Assembly: GCA_938091905.1 (NCBI GenBank)
Contig: CALKOM010000043.1
Coordinates: 1 to 55,423, forward strand
Length of the DNA: 55,423 nucleotides
DNA from: an uncultured Verrucomicrobiales bacterium
GTDB taxonomy: Bacteria > Verrucomicrobiota > Verrucomicrobiia > Verrucomicrobiales > DEV007
Direction: 5' to 3'
Under the pieces are notes generated by a model that did not search any database, was not told where the DNA came from, and saw only the letters and a program-made list of their open reading frames with translations. The translations under genes and the position numbers were made by a program. The stretch's first letter is position 1; each line of letters starts with the position of its first letter. This document shows, in pieces, positions 16,956 through 27,385 of this stretch.

Positions 16956-18443
16956 TTACTCGTATTTCCATTTCAGTGCCCAGGGGTCGCCAGTGTCTCT
17001 CTGTAGCGCCTTCAGCCGCTTCTTCATATCCTCTAGCACTGAAGCATAATCGGGATCACCAGCTAGATTGATACTCTCTGTGGGATCGGTCGCCACCCGG
17101 AAAAGCTCGAACTGCGGCCGATGAATATAGCCGTCCACCGTGGTGGATCCGTAAGGAGCCTCAGAGCCCTTCTTCCACTGTGCTTGCCAGCTAGCTGCCG
17201 CCCATAGATCAGAGGCAAAGGGATACGGCTGCCCATGAGCCACATTCCAAATAAGTTTGTAACGTCGATCTCGTAGCACACGCATGGGGTAGTACATTTG
17301 GATCTCATGGAACGTGTGTGAGGCACCGATCTCATCCCAACCTTGAGGCTCGGTCTCACCTAGGATGGGCAACCAAGAGCGACCATGAAACCGGTCATAG
17401 GACTTGGGGCCACGATTGTCTCCTGGGCGCTGCGGACCCAATTCCCGTGAATCTGGATGTTTGGTGAAACCCTTCTCGGCATCATAACCGCCAGCAAAGT
17501 CCAAGAGAGAGGGCGCGATATCGATGTGACTGATCATGGCGTGATTCCACTTCGGACGATCTTTCAGGTACGGCTGCCTTACAATGAAGGGCACGCGCAA
17601 GCCAGGCTCATACACGGTCGTCTTCGCACCCGCGAAGGCCATTCCGTGGTCTGCCGTAAAAACAAAGAGTGTGTCTTCCCACTTGCCCGCCTTCTTAAGA
17701 ATATCCACAAGCTTACCTACGCCCTGGTCAATCCGAGAGATCGACGTGTAATAATGTGAGAGTTCCGCTCTCGTCTCAGGGGTATCTGAGAGGAACGGAG
17801 GCACAATCACATCCTCCAACGGATAATTCACCCGCTCATGACCTGGACGAGATCTGCCTCTCTGTAGATTTCCAAAGAGATCTGGCTTGTAGGGAGACGC
17901 GCGATCCACACCGCCACCACGATGTGGATCCGAGGTCGCAAAGTAGAGGAAGAAGGGCCGATCATCCTCCGAGGAAATGAAGTCCTCGCAGTTCTCGGCC
18001 ATGCCCACGGTTTGGCGGGGATCGCCCTTGAGATACTCTTGGAATCGATACACTTCCTGCGGCGCCACGTGGAGCTTTCCGATCTGAGCGGTTCGGTAAC
18101 CACACTCTTCTAAAAGTATCGGCAATCCACGCACTTTCAGCCAGGACTCAAAACCATGAAAGGCATGTTGGTGGCCATATTGCCCATTCGCATGGTTGTG
18201 AAGTCCTGTGAGGACGACTGAACGACTCGCACTGCAGCTCGCGGTCGTGGCAAAGGCCTGACTAAACAGCGTCCCATCCTCAGCCAATGCGTCGAGATGA
18301 GGTGTCTTGATCACAGGATTGCCATAAGCCCCCGTATCCGGGCTCATGTCATCCACGATAAAGAAGACGATGTTCTTCGGCGCACCAAAGGCCACGCCCA
18401 TCGCCGTCAACCAGGCCATCAATGCAAGCAAAGAGAATCTCAT
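16956..18443 (-). CDS. Sulfatase (N-sulfoglucosamine sulfohydrolase-like)
   Basis: KNIVFFIVDD, CSASR motif, GKLHV, DPHR, TADHG; signal peptide. Confidence 0.9.
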   Translation of the reverse strand: MRFSLLALMAWLTAMGVAFGAPKNIVFFIVDDMSPDTGAYGNPVIKTPHLDALAEDGTLFSQAFATTASCSASRSVVLTGLHNHANGQYGHQHAFHGFESWLKVRGLPILLEECGYRTAQIGKLHVAPQEVYRFQEYLKGDPRQTVGMAENCEDFISSEDDRPFFLYFATSDPHRGGGVDRASPYKPDLFGNLQRGRSRPGHERVNYPLEDVIVPPFLSDTPETRAELSHYYTSISRIDQGVGKLVDILKKAGKWEDTLFVFTADHGMAFAGAKTTVYEPGLRVPFIVRQPYLKDRPKWNHAMISHIDIAPSLLDFAGGYDAEKGFTKHPDSRELGPQRPGDNRGPKSYDRFHGRSWLPILGETEPQGWDEIGASHTFHEIQMYYPMRVLRDRRYKLIWNVAHGQPYPFASDLWAAASWQAQWKKGSEAPYGSTTVDGYIHRPQFELFRVATDPTESINLAGDPDYASVLEDMKKRLKALQRDTGDPWALKWKYE

Positions 18444-18492
18444 GCCGACGAAGGTAGGCACTCTCACCGCCTAGCGGCAAGGCTGATCATGC

Positions 18493-18795
18493 CTAAACAA
18501 CGTCAGAGTCGTAAACAATCACCTTCTTCCAGTACTCTTTGCACTGGTTCACAAAGACGTGGTGATCGGTATGGTCCTGGTAAACATCATGATCCGCCCT
18601 TGAGGCAAATGTTAAATAGATGCTAAAATCAAACGAGTGATCCGTCACAGGGCGCTCGTCTGTCGGCGCGGGCGTGCCAATTCGCGCCTCTTGAATCTCG
18701 GAAATCTTCACCAGCTCACGCAAGGCCGCTTCCATCTCGGCTTGCTTGTCCTGCGCATCCTCTTTCAGCCAGAAGTAAACATTGTGAATCATCAT
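18493..18795 (-). CDS. Dabb (stress-responsive A/B barrel) family protein
   Basis: IHNVYFWLK...YQDHTDH...VYDS pattern. Confidence 0.85.
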   Translation of the reverse strand: MMIHNVYFWLKEDAQDKQAEMEAALRELVKISEIQEARIGTPAPTDERPVTDHSFDFSIYLTFASRADHDVYQDHTDHHVFVNQCKEYWKKVIVYDSDVV

Positions 18796-18804
18796 GAAGG
18801 CGAA

Positions 18805-19587
18805 CTATAGAGATGTCCCAAAGAGTCGTCGAGCGTTATGGCGCGTCTGTTCTACCAGGTTTTGGCGAGAACATCCTAACATATCAGCTACCTTGGTGTA
18901 GATTGCGACTAAGTTGGCCGGATGATTGGCTTCTGCCAAAGAGAATCGAATGTCCGAATCGGGAAGTGCCATGTCAGGAGCATCGGTTTCCAATAGCAGG
19001 CGTTCTCTCGGCACTCTCTCGACCAACGCCTCCAAAGCGGTGCGCTTTCGTTCGTGAAAGAAATAGCCAGAAACCGAGAAATACGCACCTAGCTCGACAA
19101 AGGCATCGATCAACTCTACCGGCCCACCGTAAGAGTGCAGCAGCACCCCCTGGCCAGGGAGGGGTTCTGTTTGTAGGCACTCAAGCAAGTGCCCCCAAGC
19201 TTGAAGACAATGAATGGTCACGGGGAGCTGACGCGCGACCCCCATTCGCAGCTGCGACTTGAAACACGCTTTCTGGAGATCGATGTCATAGCCTCGTATC
19301 CATTGGTCGAGGCCGATCTCGCCAACTCCGACGGCTCCTTGGTGGAGACAATCTTCTAATAAAGCCTCCCAGCCAGTAGGCGCCTCATTCACATACCAGG
19401 GATGTAAACCGAAACTCGCGTGGACCTCGGGAAAGCGTTCTGCTAGCTCCGTCACGATCGACCAATCGTCGGGTCGTGTCCCATTAACGATCAACCGGGA
19501 AATACCTACTTCACGACAGGTTTCCACAATGGTATCGGCTTCTGAGAGAAGACGAGGATCCTGCAAATGAAGATGGGCATCAATCAT
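18805..19587 (-). CDS. tatD: TatD family hydrolase
   Basis: IDAHLH, GLHPW, GEIGLD, IHC, LHSY, ETDAPD. Confidence 0.92.
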   Translation of the reverse strand: MIDAHLHLQDPRLLSEADTIVETCREVGISRLIVNGTRPDDWSIVTELAERFPEVHASFGLHPWYVNEAPTGWEALLEDCLHQGAVGVGEIGLDQWIRGYDIDLQKACFKSQLRMGVARQLPVTIHCLQAWGHLLECLQTEPLPGQGVLLHSYGGPVELIDAFVELGAYFSVSGYFFHERKRTALEALVERVPRERLLLETDAPDMALPDSDIRFSLAEANHPANLVAIYTKVADMLGCSRQNLVEQTRHNARRLFGTSL

Positions 19588-20003
19588 GCCGCCTTGAGCT
19601 GCTGTAAGGCATAGGCTTTGATCGCCAAGCGCACCTGAGCTAAACCATTCATCCTTGTTGGCGTGATCTGGCGACTGAACTGAAGCGCTTCGAGGATCTC
19701 CGGTTCGGTGGCGATGATTTCCTCAGGGGCATGCCCTGAATAGAGTGAGACTAACAAGCCCACTAATCCGCCAACCATGGCTGAGTCGGAAGCCATGGTA
19801 AAGTGACAGCATCCCTCTTGAACATCACCCTGGACCCAAACCTGGGAAACGCAGCCTTGAATGCGATTCGACTCTGTTCGGAGTTCCATTTCCAACACGG
19901 GTAGCCCGCGTGCACGATCTACAATTGCGGATAGCCGTTCCTGCGGATCCTCGATCAGCCGATAGTCTTCAATCCATTGCGCCTGTTTCTCGGGCAGGGT
20001 CAT
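19584..20003 (-). CDS. sufE: SufE family Fe-S sulfur acceptor
   Basis: NRIQGCVSQVW, SDSAMVGG, ITPTRMNGL. Confidence 0.9.
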   Translation of the reverse strand: MTLPEKQAQWIEDYRLIEDPQERLSAIVDRARGLPVLEMELRTESNRIQGCVSQVWVQGDVQEGCCHFTMASDSAMVGGLVGLLVSLYSGHAPEEIIATEPEILEALQFSRQITPTRMNGLAQVRLAIKAYALQQLKAA

Positions 20004-20046
20004 GGGCAAGCCTCTCACCACTCTCAGGCGTGCGCAACTCCAGCCA

Positions 20047-20505
20047 TCAACGGGTAACGGGCAATAGCGGTGCCGGACGATAAAAAACTGGCTCCTTCCA
20101 CTTTGGAATCGCCGTCTTACATGGCGCCGTCATGGCATCCAAGTAGAGGTAAGGTAGGACCTTGATAGGCCCGTGTTGAACATAGGCCGGCTGAAGGCAG
20201 ACTTTATAGCCCGCAGGCACCCAGCATAAGGTCGGCTGAGGGAGATAGTTCCGGATAAAGATGCCATTGCCGTGATCGGTCTTCTCCGGTGCCATACACT
20301 TGTAGGCGAAGGGGCCATAGCAGAAGCTCTCAACCAGCTTCAGAACCGGCATCCTACCCACAAAGCTCACCTTGTAGTTTCCCTCATAGACCACATGGCC
20401 TTTGGCGTTCTTCCAATAGACTGTATGGTATTTAGGCTGAATCTTGGCATTCGACAATGCCAGACAACTCGAAAGAACAGCGAGAATAACGATAACAATT
20501 CTCAT
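20047..20505 (-). CDS. Hypothetical secreted protein
   Basis: Signal-peptide-like MRIVIVILAVLSSCLALSNA; Tyr/Pro/Cys-rich mature part; fills the gap between recG and sufE on the same strand. Confidence 0.6.
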   Translation of the reverse strand: MRIVIVILAVLSSCLALSNAKIQPKYHTVYWKNAKGHVVYEGNYKVSFVGRMPVLKLVESFCYGPFAYKCMAPEKTDHGNGIFIRNYLPQPTLCWVPAGYKVCLQPAYVQHGPIKVLPYLYLDAMTAPCKTAIPKWKEPVFYRPAPLLPVTR

Positions 20506-20637
20506 TTCTGCATCTTCTTGCGTTCTTGAGGAAATGCAAGTTTCAAATGAGTGCTGTAGCGGAACTCGCAAGAGTTCCTCCACTCGTCGATACGGATCCC
20601 AGCAAGCCTTGCGCCTTCCGCTGCGAAAGGGCTTCGC

Positions 20638-22710
20638 CTAGCTCACATTGGCCAGTGCTCCCTGGCGCTGGTTGATAGAAGTCTTTAGACCAGAATGTTC
20701 GGGCAATTCCAACCTAGGATCGGCCACCAAGATATCCTTGGCCGCATCACGCGCCTGCTGAACGAGCTCCGCATCGGTCAGAAACTCGGCCAATCGCAGG
20801 TCGGGCAACCCACTCTGGGCCGTGCCAAGAACGTCACCGGGCCCACGGCGAGAAAGATCCGCCTCGGCGATCTTGAACCCATCTCGGGTCTCAGCGAGAA
20901 TCGCGAGCTTCTCTTCTGCTCCCTCGTGCTTCGGCGTGTGCATGAGCACGCAGTAGGACTTGTGTTCGCCTCTACCAATACGCCCTCTCAACTGGTGCAA
21001 CTGCGCTAATCCAAAGCGTTCTGCATGATAGATGATCATGGTGTTTGCGTTGGGAACGTCGACGCCCACCTCGATCACGGTGGTGGACACGAGAATCTGT
21101 ACCTTGTTTGAACGGAACTTCTCCATGACGGCGTCCTTCTCCTCGCCCGACAACTTCCCATGAAGCAATCCTACTGTGATATCATTGCCCAGTCGCTCCT
21201 GCCACTCGTCGAACGCTTGCTTGGCACTAGAAAGCTTCAGCTTCTCCGATTCATCTATCAATGGATAGACAATATAAGCTTGGCGTCCTTCAGCGACTTG
21301 TTCCCAAAGAAACTTGGCCGCGTCCGGCGTCTTGTTTGCTGAGCGTACAATGGTGATGATCTTGCCTCGGCCTTTGGGCAGTTCGTTCAGCACCGAGACA
21401 TCCAGATCTCCATACAACGTCATTGTCAGGGTTCGCGGAATGGGAGTCGCGGTCATGACAAGGATGTCAGGCAAGGTCCCTCGCTCCATGAGCTTACCGC
21501 GTTGAAGCACTCCAAACTTATGTTGTTCGTCCACGATCACTAAACCCAATTTCTCGCCGACCTCAACCTTTTCATAGAGAAGCGCATGCGTGCCAATCAA
21601 AATCTGAGGCTCTTCACTCCCAGCCAGCAGCGGCAGAAAGCCATCTTCTGATCGCTCCGCTGTTCGCAGACTAACACGGACTCCAAGAGGCTCCAGCCAT
21701 CGCAAAAACACTTGGTAATGCTGTTCCGCCAGGATCTGTGTAGGCGCCATGAGCGCAGCCTGGTAGCCATCCTCGACCGCTAGGAGCATTGCGGAAATGG
21801 CGACAAGCGTCTTTCCGGAACCCACATCGCCCTGAAGCAGTCGATTCATCGGAACGGGACGCTCCAAATCCTCTCTAATCTCTTCCACCGCGCGGGCCTG
21901 CGCCCCGGTGGGAGAGAAACTCAGCGTTTGGTAAAACTTCTCTAGCAACTCACCTGAACCGCAATGCTTGATGCCTTGCTGCTTCCGATAGTCTTCTCGC
22001 CGGGCAAGTATCGTTAGCTGAATCTGAACGAACTCTTCCAAGGCGAGATAACGACGAGCCGGGGACGTTTCTTCCACCGCCTCCGGGAAATGTACCTGCT
22101 GCAGCATCTCGGCTCGCGTAGCCGAAGTTACACTTCGAGGGAGAATATCAGGCACGATCTCCGCCGTTACTTCTTGGCATGCTTGATAGATCAACTCCCG
22201 CACCGTCCGTTGGTTCACACCGGAGGTCAGGGCATAAACCGGAGCGATGCGGCCAAGATGGACACTCGCCTCATTTGGTGGTTCATCGACGAGCTCAAAC
22301 TCGGGATGATCGATGACCAAGCGCTGCCCGCTCAGTTTCGGCTTGCCGTAAAGCACCATCTGCTGCCCAACCGCCAGTTGGTTTTGCACCCAAGGAAGGC
22401 CAAACCATCGACAAATCAGCGGGCCATCAAAGGGCCCCGGATCCAGACTTTCCAACTTGATCTCAAAGAACCGACGTCTCCCCGCAAAGCGTTTCTGTGT
22501 GTCTGTGATGATTCCACAAAGGCACACCGCTCGATCCATGGGCTGGTTGGGAAAAGACTCGAATCGAACCCTATCCTCATAGCGACGCGGCACATGAAGT
22601 AGCAGATCACCCACGGTATGGCATCCTAAACTCGCCAAGGCGGACCGTTGTTTCTCTGTCAGAGAAACGCTCGCCCACTGATTGATCGGTGTGGTCAGCC
22701 AATCCGCCAT
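20638..22710 (-). CDS. recG: ATP-dependent DNA helicase RecG
   Basis: PRRYEDR, LLQGDVGSGKT, APTQILAEQH, DEQHKFGV, MTATPIPRTL, GLAQLHQLRGRIGRG. Confidence 0.98.
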   Translation of the reverse strand: MADWLTTPINQWASVSLTEKQRSALASLGCHTVGDLLLHVPRRYEDRVRFESFPNQPMDRAVCLCGIITDTQKRFAGRRRFFEIKLESLDPGPFDGPLICRWFGLPWVQNQLAVGQQMVLYGKPKLSGQRLVIDHPEFELVDEPPNEASVHLGRIAPVYALTSGVNQRTVRELIYQACQEVTAEIVPDILPRSVTSATRAEMLQQVHFPEAVEETSPARRYLALEEFVQIQLTILARREDYRKQQGIKHCGSGELLEKFYQTLSFSPTGAQARAVEEIREDLERPVPMNRLLQGDVGSGKTLVAISAMLLAVEDGYQAALMAPTQILAEQHYQVFLRWLEPLGVRVSLRTAERSEDGFLPLLAGSEEPQILIGTHALLYEKVEVGEKLGLVIVDEQHKFGVLQRGKLMERGTLPDILVMTATPIPRTLTMTLYGDLDVSVLNELPKGRGKIITIVRSANKTPDAAKFLWEQVAEGRQAYIVYPLIDESEKLKLSSAKQAFDEWQERLGNDITVGLLHGKLSGEEKDAVMEKFRSNKVQILVSTTVIEVGVDVPNANTMIIYHAERFGLAQLHQLRGRIGRGEHKSYCVLMHTPKHEGAEEKLAILAETRDGFKIAEADLSRRGPGDVLGTAQSGLPDLRLAEFLTDAELVQQARDAAKDILVADPRLELPEHSGLKTSINQRQGALANVS

Positions 22711-22716
22711 CGTTTC

Positions 22717-24420
22717 CTACTGACTTGAGCGAACGTTGATCACGTGAATCTGAAGAGACTCACGCCCGCGGTACTCATTTCGCTGAATCGTAAACGCCAC
22801 ATCCCACGGTGGCGCAGACAACTCTAGCTCAGCCGCACCGAAATAGACCGCATCACGGATCGTACCATTTTGATAGAGTTCTAGCCGCAGGTGTTTGTTA
22901 CTAATTGTGATTGGATCCCCAGCTAGACTCACATTGCGACACAACAGTGTAGGTTGAGGGTTGTGAGAACCAAATGGCTCCATCATCTCGTAGCTATCAA
23001 GCAAAGACAATGTCAGCTCGGTCAGCTGAACCTCTGCATCCACATACAGGGTCGGAATGAGATACTCGGAGCGCGCATTAGCCGCCACGATCTCTTCGAA
23101 GCGCTGCTGAAAGTCTGGGAAATTCTGTTTCCAAATACTCAACCCCGCTGCCATCTCATGCCCACCGCCTTTGATGAGAAGATCATCGCAGGAATTAAGC
23201 GCACTTACTAACGATATCTTCTCGACACTTCGGCCACTTCCTTTTCCCAAGCCTGTTTCGTCGAATGCAACGACGAATGTCGGGCGATGGTAGCGGCGCA
23301 TGAGTCGTGAGGCAACAATGCCCACGACCCCTGGGTGCCAATCATCCGAGCCCAGAACTATGGAGCACCGGTCTCTCGGATGTGGCCCTTTCTCGATCAT
23401 CGCGAGGGCTTCGTCGTACATGCGATATTCAAGTTCCTGCCGCTCGCGATTCTGTTGGTCGAGCTTCTGCGCAATGCTCTTCGCTTCGGCGGGATCTCTC
23501 TCTAACAAGAGATCCAAGGCGGATTGAGCCGTATGCAACCGGCCGGCGGCATTGAGACGCGGCCCGAGCCGGAATCCAATGTCTGAAGTCTGAATGCGCT
23601 CGCCTAACTTTGTCTCACGCTTCAGAGCGACGAGGCCACAATTGTCCGTCTTGCGTAAGCGATGCAGCCCCTTCCTTACAAGAATACGATTTTCACTTAC
23701 TAAGGGTACGATATCCGCCACCGTCCCCAACGCGACGATGTCGAGGTAATCCTTGAGGTCCAAGGCGGGATTCGGCCGCGTTTTGAGAAGGGCATGAGCA
23801 ACCTTGAAGACCACACCCGCGCTGCAGAGATAATGATACTCATCACCCACCTTCGGGTTGACCAAGGCAACACAATCGGGGCGCCCGTCTTGGCTACACT
23901 CATGGTGATCACAAATCACCACGTCGACCGCATGTTCCTTGAGATAGGCAACCTCCTCAATTGAGGTCGTTCCACAGTCGACGGCAATGATCAGCTGAGG
24001 GTCATGATCTTTCAAACAGCGCTCCACCCCAGACTTACTCACCCCATAACCTTCATCCATCCGATGCGGCAGGAAGCCCTGACACTCTAGCCCATACTTC
24101 CCGAGAACTTCTTGGATCAGCGCCACTGAAGTCACGCCATCCACATCGTAGTCCCCATAGAGTACCACGCGCTCGTTCTCATCTATTGCCTTGAGCAACC
24201 GATCCACTGCCGGCTGCATGTCCGGCATAAGAAAGGGATCGGAGAGATCGCTCAGCCTTGGGCTCAGAAATCGATCGATCGCTTCCGGCTCAGACAGCCC
24301 TCGCTGAGCAAGCAAACGACGAACTAATGGCGAGAGCTGCGCCGACGCTGGGGCAACATCCACTTGCCGAAGCAAATCCTCCTGCACCTCCTTGATAATC
24401 CAATTTACTTCTCCTTCCAT
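22717..24420 (-). CDS. recJ: Single-stranded-DNA-specific exonuclease RecJ
   Basis: YGDYDVDG, VDCG, DHH, LGTVADIVPL, PRLNAAGR, GSGRS, GGHEMAAG. Confidence 0.97.
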   Translation of the reverse strand: MEGEVNWIIKEVQEDLLRQVDVAPASAQLSPLVRRLLAQRGLSEPEAIDRFLSPRLSDLSDPFLMPDMQPAVDRLLKAIDENERVVLYGDYDVDGVTSVALIQEVLGKYGLECQGFLPHRMDEGYGVSKSGVERCLKDHDPQLIIAVDCGTTSIEEVAYLKEHAVDVVICDHHECSQDGRPDCVALVNPKVGDEYHYLCSAGVVFKVAHALLKTRPNPALDLKDYLDIVALGTVADIVPLVSENRILVRKGLHRLRKTDNCGLVALKRETKLGERIQTSDIGFRLGPRLNAAGRLHTAQSALDLLLERDPAEAKSIAQKLDQQNRERQELEYRMYDEALAMIEKGPHPRDRCSIVLGSDDWHPGVVGIVASRLMRRYHRPTFVVAFDETGLGKGSGRSVEKISLVSALNSCDDLLIKGGGHEMAAGLSIWKQNFPDFQQRFEEIVAANARSEYLIPTLYVDAEVQLTELTLSLLDSYEMMEPFGSHNPQPTLLCRNVSLAGDPITISNKHLRLELYQNGTIRDAVYFGAAELELSAPPWDVAFTIQRNEYRGRESLQIHVINVRSSQ

Positions 24421-24511
24421 GCGCGTCTGACCATTCAACGAGAATTTGACAGGGCACGCAAGAGGTTCCCCGACATTCTTCCAACAAAGGCCACTAAGGA
24501 AAGCGCTAGTT

Positions 24512-25261
24512 CTAAGTCAGGAGATAGCCTCCATCCACGACCACCGTCTCACCCGTCATCTGTTGCGCTGCCGACGAAGCAAGGAAGACCACGGTTTGGG
24601 CCACATCCTTTGCCGTAGTAAGCGTCTTGGAAGGCGTACGTTCCTCCACCATCGTCGCCAGATCGGGAAAGAATTCACGTAACCCCGGAGAATCAACCAG
24701 CCCAGGGGCAACACCATTCACCCGAATCTTGTCCGGAGCGAGTTCTCCTGCGAGTGAGCGCGTGTAGGCCACAACCGCCCCTTTGCTCGCATCATAGTGA
24801 GCCGTGTTGCCAAAGCCTGGATGAAAACCATTGATACTCGCAATGTTGACGATAGCGCCTCCCCCGCCCTTGCGCATCGCCGCTGCCCCCACCTTCGAGC
24901 CGAGGAACACTCCACGTGAATTGACCTGGAAAATCCTATCCCATTCCTCAGCACTCACCTCACTCTGTGGAAGGAGGCTGAAGATCCCCGCGTTATTTAC
25001 TAAGATGTCCAAGCCACCAAAGCAGGCCTCGACGTCACCTATGGCCGTTTCGATGGAAGCCTCAGAGCATACATCGATCGACACTGCATGGGCCATTTCG
25101 CCCAGCTCATCCGCCAGCGCCCTGGCATCTTCCTCATGCGAATGGTAACCGATGGCAACGCGCGCTCCAGCTTCAATGAGGGCTTCGACAATCGCCCGAC
25201 CGATGTTCACGGCTCCACCTGTCACCAAAGCCGAACGATCTTTTAAGGAGAATGGACTCAT
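24512..25261 (-). CDS. SDR family NAD(P)-dependent oxidoreductase
   Basis: VTGGAVNIG, NNAG, YDASK, VDGG. Confidence 0.93.
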   Translation of the reverse strand: MSPFSLKDRSALVTGGAVNIGRAIVEALIEAGARVAIGYHSHEEDARALADELGEMAHAVSIDVCSEASIETAIGDVEACFGGLDILVNNAGIFSLLPQSEVSAEEWDRIFQVNSRGVFLGSKVGAAAMRKGGGGAIVNIASINGFHPGFGNTAHYDASKGAVVAYTRSLAGELAPDKIRVNGVAPGLVDSPGLREFFPDLATMVEERTPSKTLTTAKDVAQTVVFLASSAAQQMTGETVVVDGGYLLT

Positions 25262-25752
25262 GGTTTGCTACGTGTGTAAGCACGAATAAGAGACCCTTGA
25301 TGAGGAAACTGACGAGTGAGTTTCTCTCGATCACCTAATTCTAGGTCCTCAAAATCGAAGCCTGGGGCCATCGTCGCACCGAGCAGAGCAAATTTGCCAC
25401 CAGGCGCGAGACAAGTGCCCTGCCAGACTCCCGCTGGCACCGTCGTTTGGAGAAGCTGCGTCGGCTGCGCGAAGACATCCTGACCCAAGACCAACTCTTG
25501 CCATTGGCCATCCCCCTCTGTCAGTCGCAGCTGAACAACGGGGTCACCCATGTAAAAATGCCAAACCTCATCCGTAGGCAATCGATGCAAGGTAGAGAAC
25601 TGGTCCGGGGTGATTAAATAGTAGATCGCCGTGCTACACGACTTCTCCCCAACGCGGTCCAAAGCACGGTAGGTCTCTCGGAAATAGCCACCTTCGCCCG
25701 GCAAGGGCTCTAGCCCCAACCGATCGATGAGCGTTTCAGCAGAAGGATTCAT
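25258..25752 (-). CDS. Cupin_5 (DUF985) family protein
   Basis: LGLEPLPGEGGYFRETY, TAIYYL, DEVWHFYMG, APGFDFED; stop overlaps the SDR start. Confidence 0.9.
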   Translation of the reverse strand: MNPSAETLIDRLGLEPLPGEGGYFRETYRALDRVGEKSCSTAIYYLITPDQFSTLHRLPTDEVWHFYMGDPVVQLRLTEGDGQWQELVLGQDVFAQPTQLLQTTVPAGVWQGTCLAPGGKFALLGATMAPGFDFEDLELGDREKLTRQFPHQGSLIRAYTRSKP

Positions 25753-25873
25753 GTCCCACCTTCTCACGCATTCTGAAATTCGCATCCACATGGTGAGTCG
25801 AAGTCAGAGAACCTGTCGCAGCACGATCATCCGATTCCTTTAAGTCCTTGAATGGTCCCATTCCCCGGCCAGA

Positions 25874-26464
25874 ATGGCTGACATCATGAATCAGCCTCGC
25901 TTCCTCAGAGTCGCGCTCCTCGCCCTCCTCGCCTCGACCTCCGGCCTTCTTGCGGGCGAGAAGTTCAAAATTGAATCTGTCTTCTCTTCCGTTCTTTTCA
26001 AAGTCCGGCACATGCAGACGGCCAATGCTTGGGGCCGCTTCAATAAGATTGACGGTTCGTTAGACTACGAAGCTGCAGATCCTACCAAAAGCGTTTTAGA
26101 AATCACCATCGATCCAACAAGCATCGATACAAATAGCAAGAAGCGAGATCAACATCTCGTCGGTCCCGATTTCTTCAACGCGAAGGAGTTTGATAAGATC
26201 ACGTTTAAGAGCAAATCGATCAAGAAGGTCAGCGACAAAGGCTACGAAATAACTGGTGACCTCACGATGTTAGGCGTGACCAAGACGGTCACGGCTACAG
26301 GTGAGTTTTACGGTCAAGGCAAGTCTCCTAAAGGCGACAAGATCGTCGGTGCTGAAGCGACCTTTAAAGTGCAGCGCACGGACTTCGGCATGAACTTCGG
26401 TATCCCTAACATTGGCGATGAAATCACGCTTATCGTCAGCGTTGAGGCCCTCGAGGCCAAGTAG
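25874..26464 (+). CDS. YceI family lipid/polyisoprenoid-binding protein
   Basis: Signal peptide; SIDTNSKKRDQHL, DFFNAKEF, GDLTMLGVTK, RTDFGM. Confidence 0.92.
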   Translation: MADIMNQPRFLRVALLALLASTSGLLAGEKFKIESVFSSVLFKVRHMQTANAWGRFNKIDGSLDYEAADPTKSVLEITIDPTSIDTNSKKRDQHLVGPDFFNAKEFDKITFKSKSIKKVSDKGYEITGDLTMLGVTKTVTATGEFYGQGKSPKGDKIVGAEATFKVQRTDFGMNFGIPNIGDEITLIVSVEALEAK

Positions 26465-26488
26465 GTTTGTTTATTCGCGAGCGAGTCG

Positions 26489-27349
26489 ATGAGTAACGGT
26501 AGTTTTACCTCCACCCACGTATGGTTGAATGGCAATCTCAAAGCCATTACAGATGCACGGATCGATCCTTTTGATCACGGTCTCCTAACCGGCGATGGTG
26601 TCTTTGAAACCCTCATCGTCTACAATGGGAAGCCATTTGCTCTAGGTCGTCATTGTGAGCGCTTAGAACGTTCAACCGCTGTGCTAGGGCTTCAAGCCCC
26701 GGAACAGGAGGTATTGGCCAATGCTATTGACGAGGTCATTGAGGCTAATCGAAGCTCATCTGGACGCCTTCGCATCACGGTGACTGGCGGCCCGGCCCCC
26801 CTTGGCTCAGAGAAAGGAGAAGCGCGTTCGACACTCATTGTCGCCTATGCCAGCCTACCGCCACACGGTCCCGAAGCCCATCTCGTCACGGTGCCCTACA
26901 GACGCAATGAGCATGGGGCTCTAACAAACCACAAGACCATTTCCTATGGGGAGAATGTTGTGGCCCTCGCTCATGCCAAGAAGCAAGGAGGCACCGAAGC
27001 GATCTTCGCAAACACTGCAGGCAGTTTATGTGAGGGCACCGGAAGCAACCTCTTTATCGTCTACGAAGACGAACTCATCACACCGCCTATTTCATCGGGC
27101 TGCCTCCCCGGCGTCACCCGAGCGCTGGTCCTCGATTTGTGTGAAAAAGAGGGCTTTACCGCGAGCCAGCGCAATGTGCCACTAAGGGCCCTTAATGAAG
27201 CGACAGAAGCATTTCTGACTTCCACCTTGCGTGAAGTTCAGCCGGTTCGCACCGTCGACGGGAGCGAGCTTCCACAGTGTCCAGGGCCGCTGTCGAGTAA
27301 GCTAAAAGACGCCTACGAAAAGCTCATCCACGAACATCTGGATCCTTAA
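26489..27349 (+). CDS. Aminotransferase class IV (IlvE/PabC-like)
   Basis: DHGLLTGDGVFET, HKTISY, CEGTGSNLF, LPGVTR. Confidence 0.93.
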   Translation: MSNGSFTSTHVWLNGNLKAITDARIDPFDHGLLTGDGVFETLIVYNGKPFALGRHCERLERSTAVLGLQAPEQEVLANAIDEVIEANRSSSGRLRITVTGGPAPLGSEKGEARSTLIVAYASLPPHGPEAHLVTVPYRRNEHGALTNHKTISYGENVVALAHAKKQGGTEAIFANTAGSLCEGTGSNLFIVYEDELITPPISSGCLPGVTRALVLDLCEKEGFTASQRNVPLRALNEATEAFLTSTLREVQPVRTVDGSELPQCPGPLSSKLKDAYEKLIHEHLDP

Positions 27350-27385
27350 AGTCACGAGATCGAAGCTCGCCTTGCGCGAGCAAAC

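Noticed and set aside
27365..27381. gctcgc/gcgagc hairpin between convergent genes as a terminator
   Set aside because: Only a 6 bp stem with a weak U tract; plausible but not enough to call.
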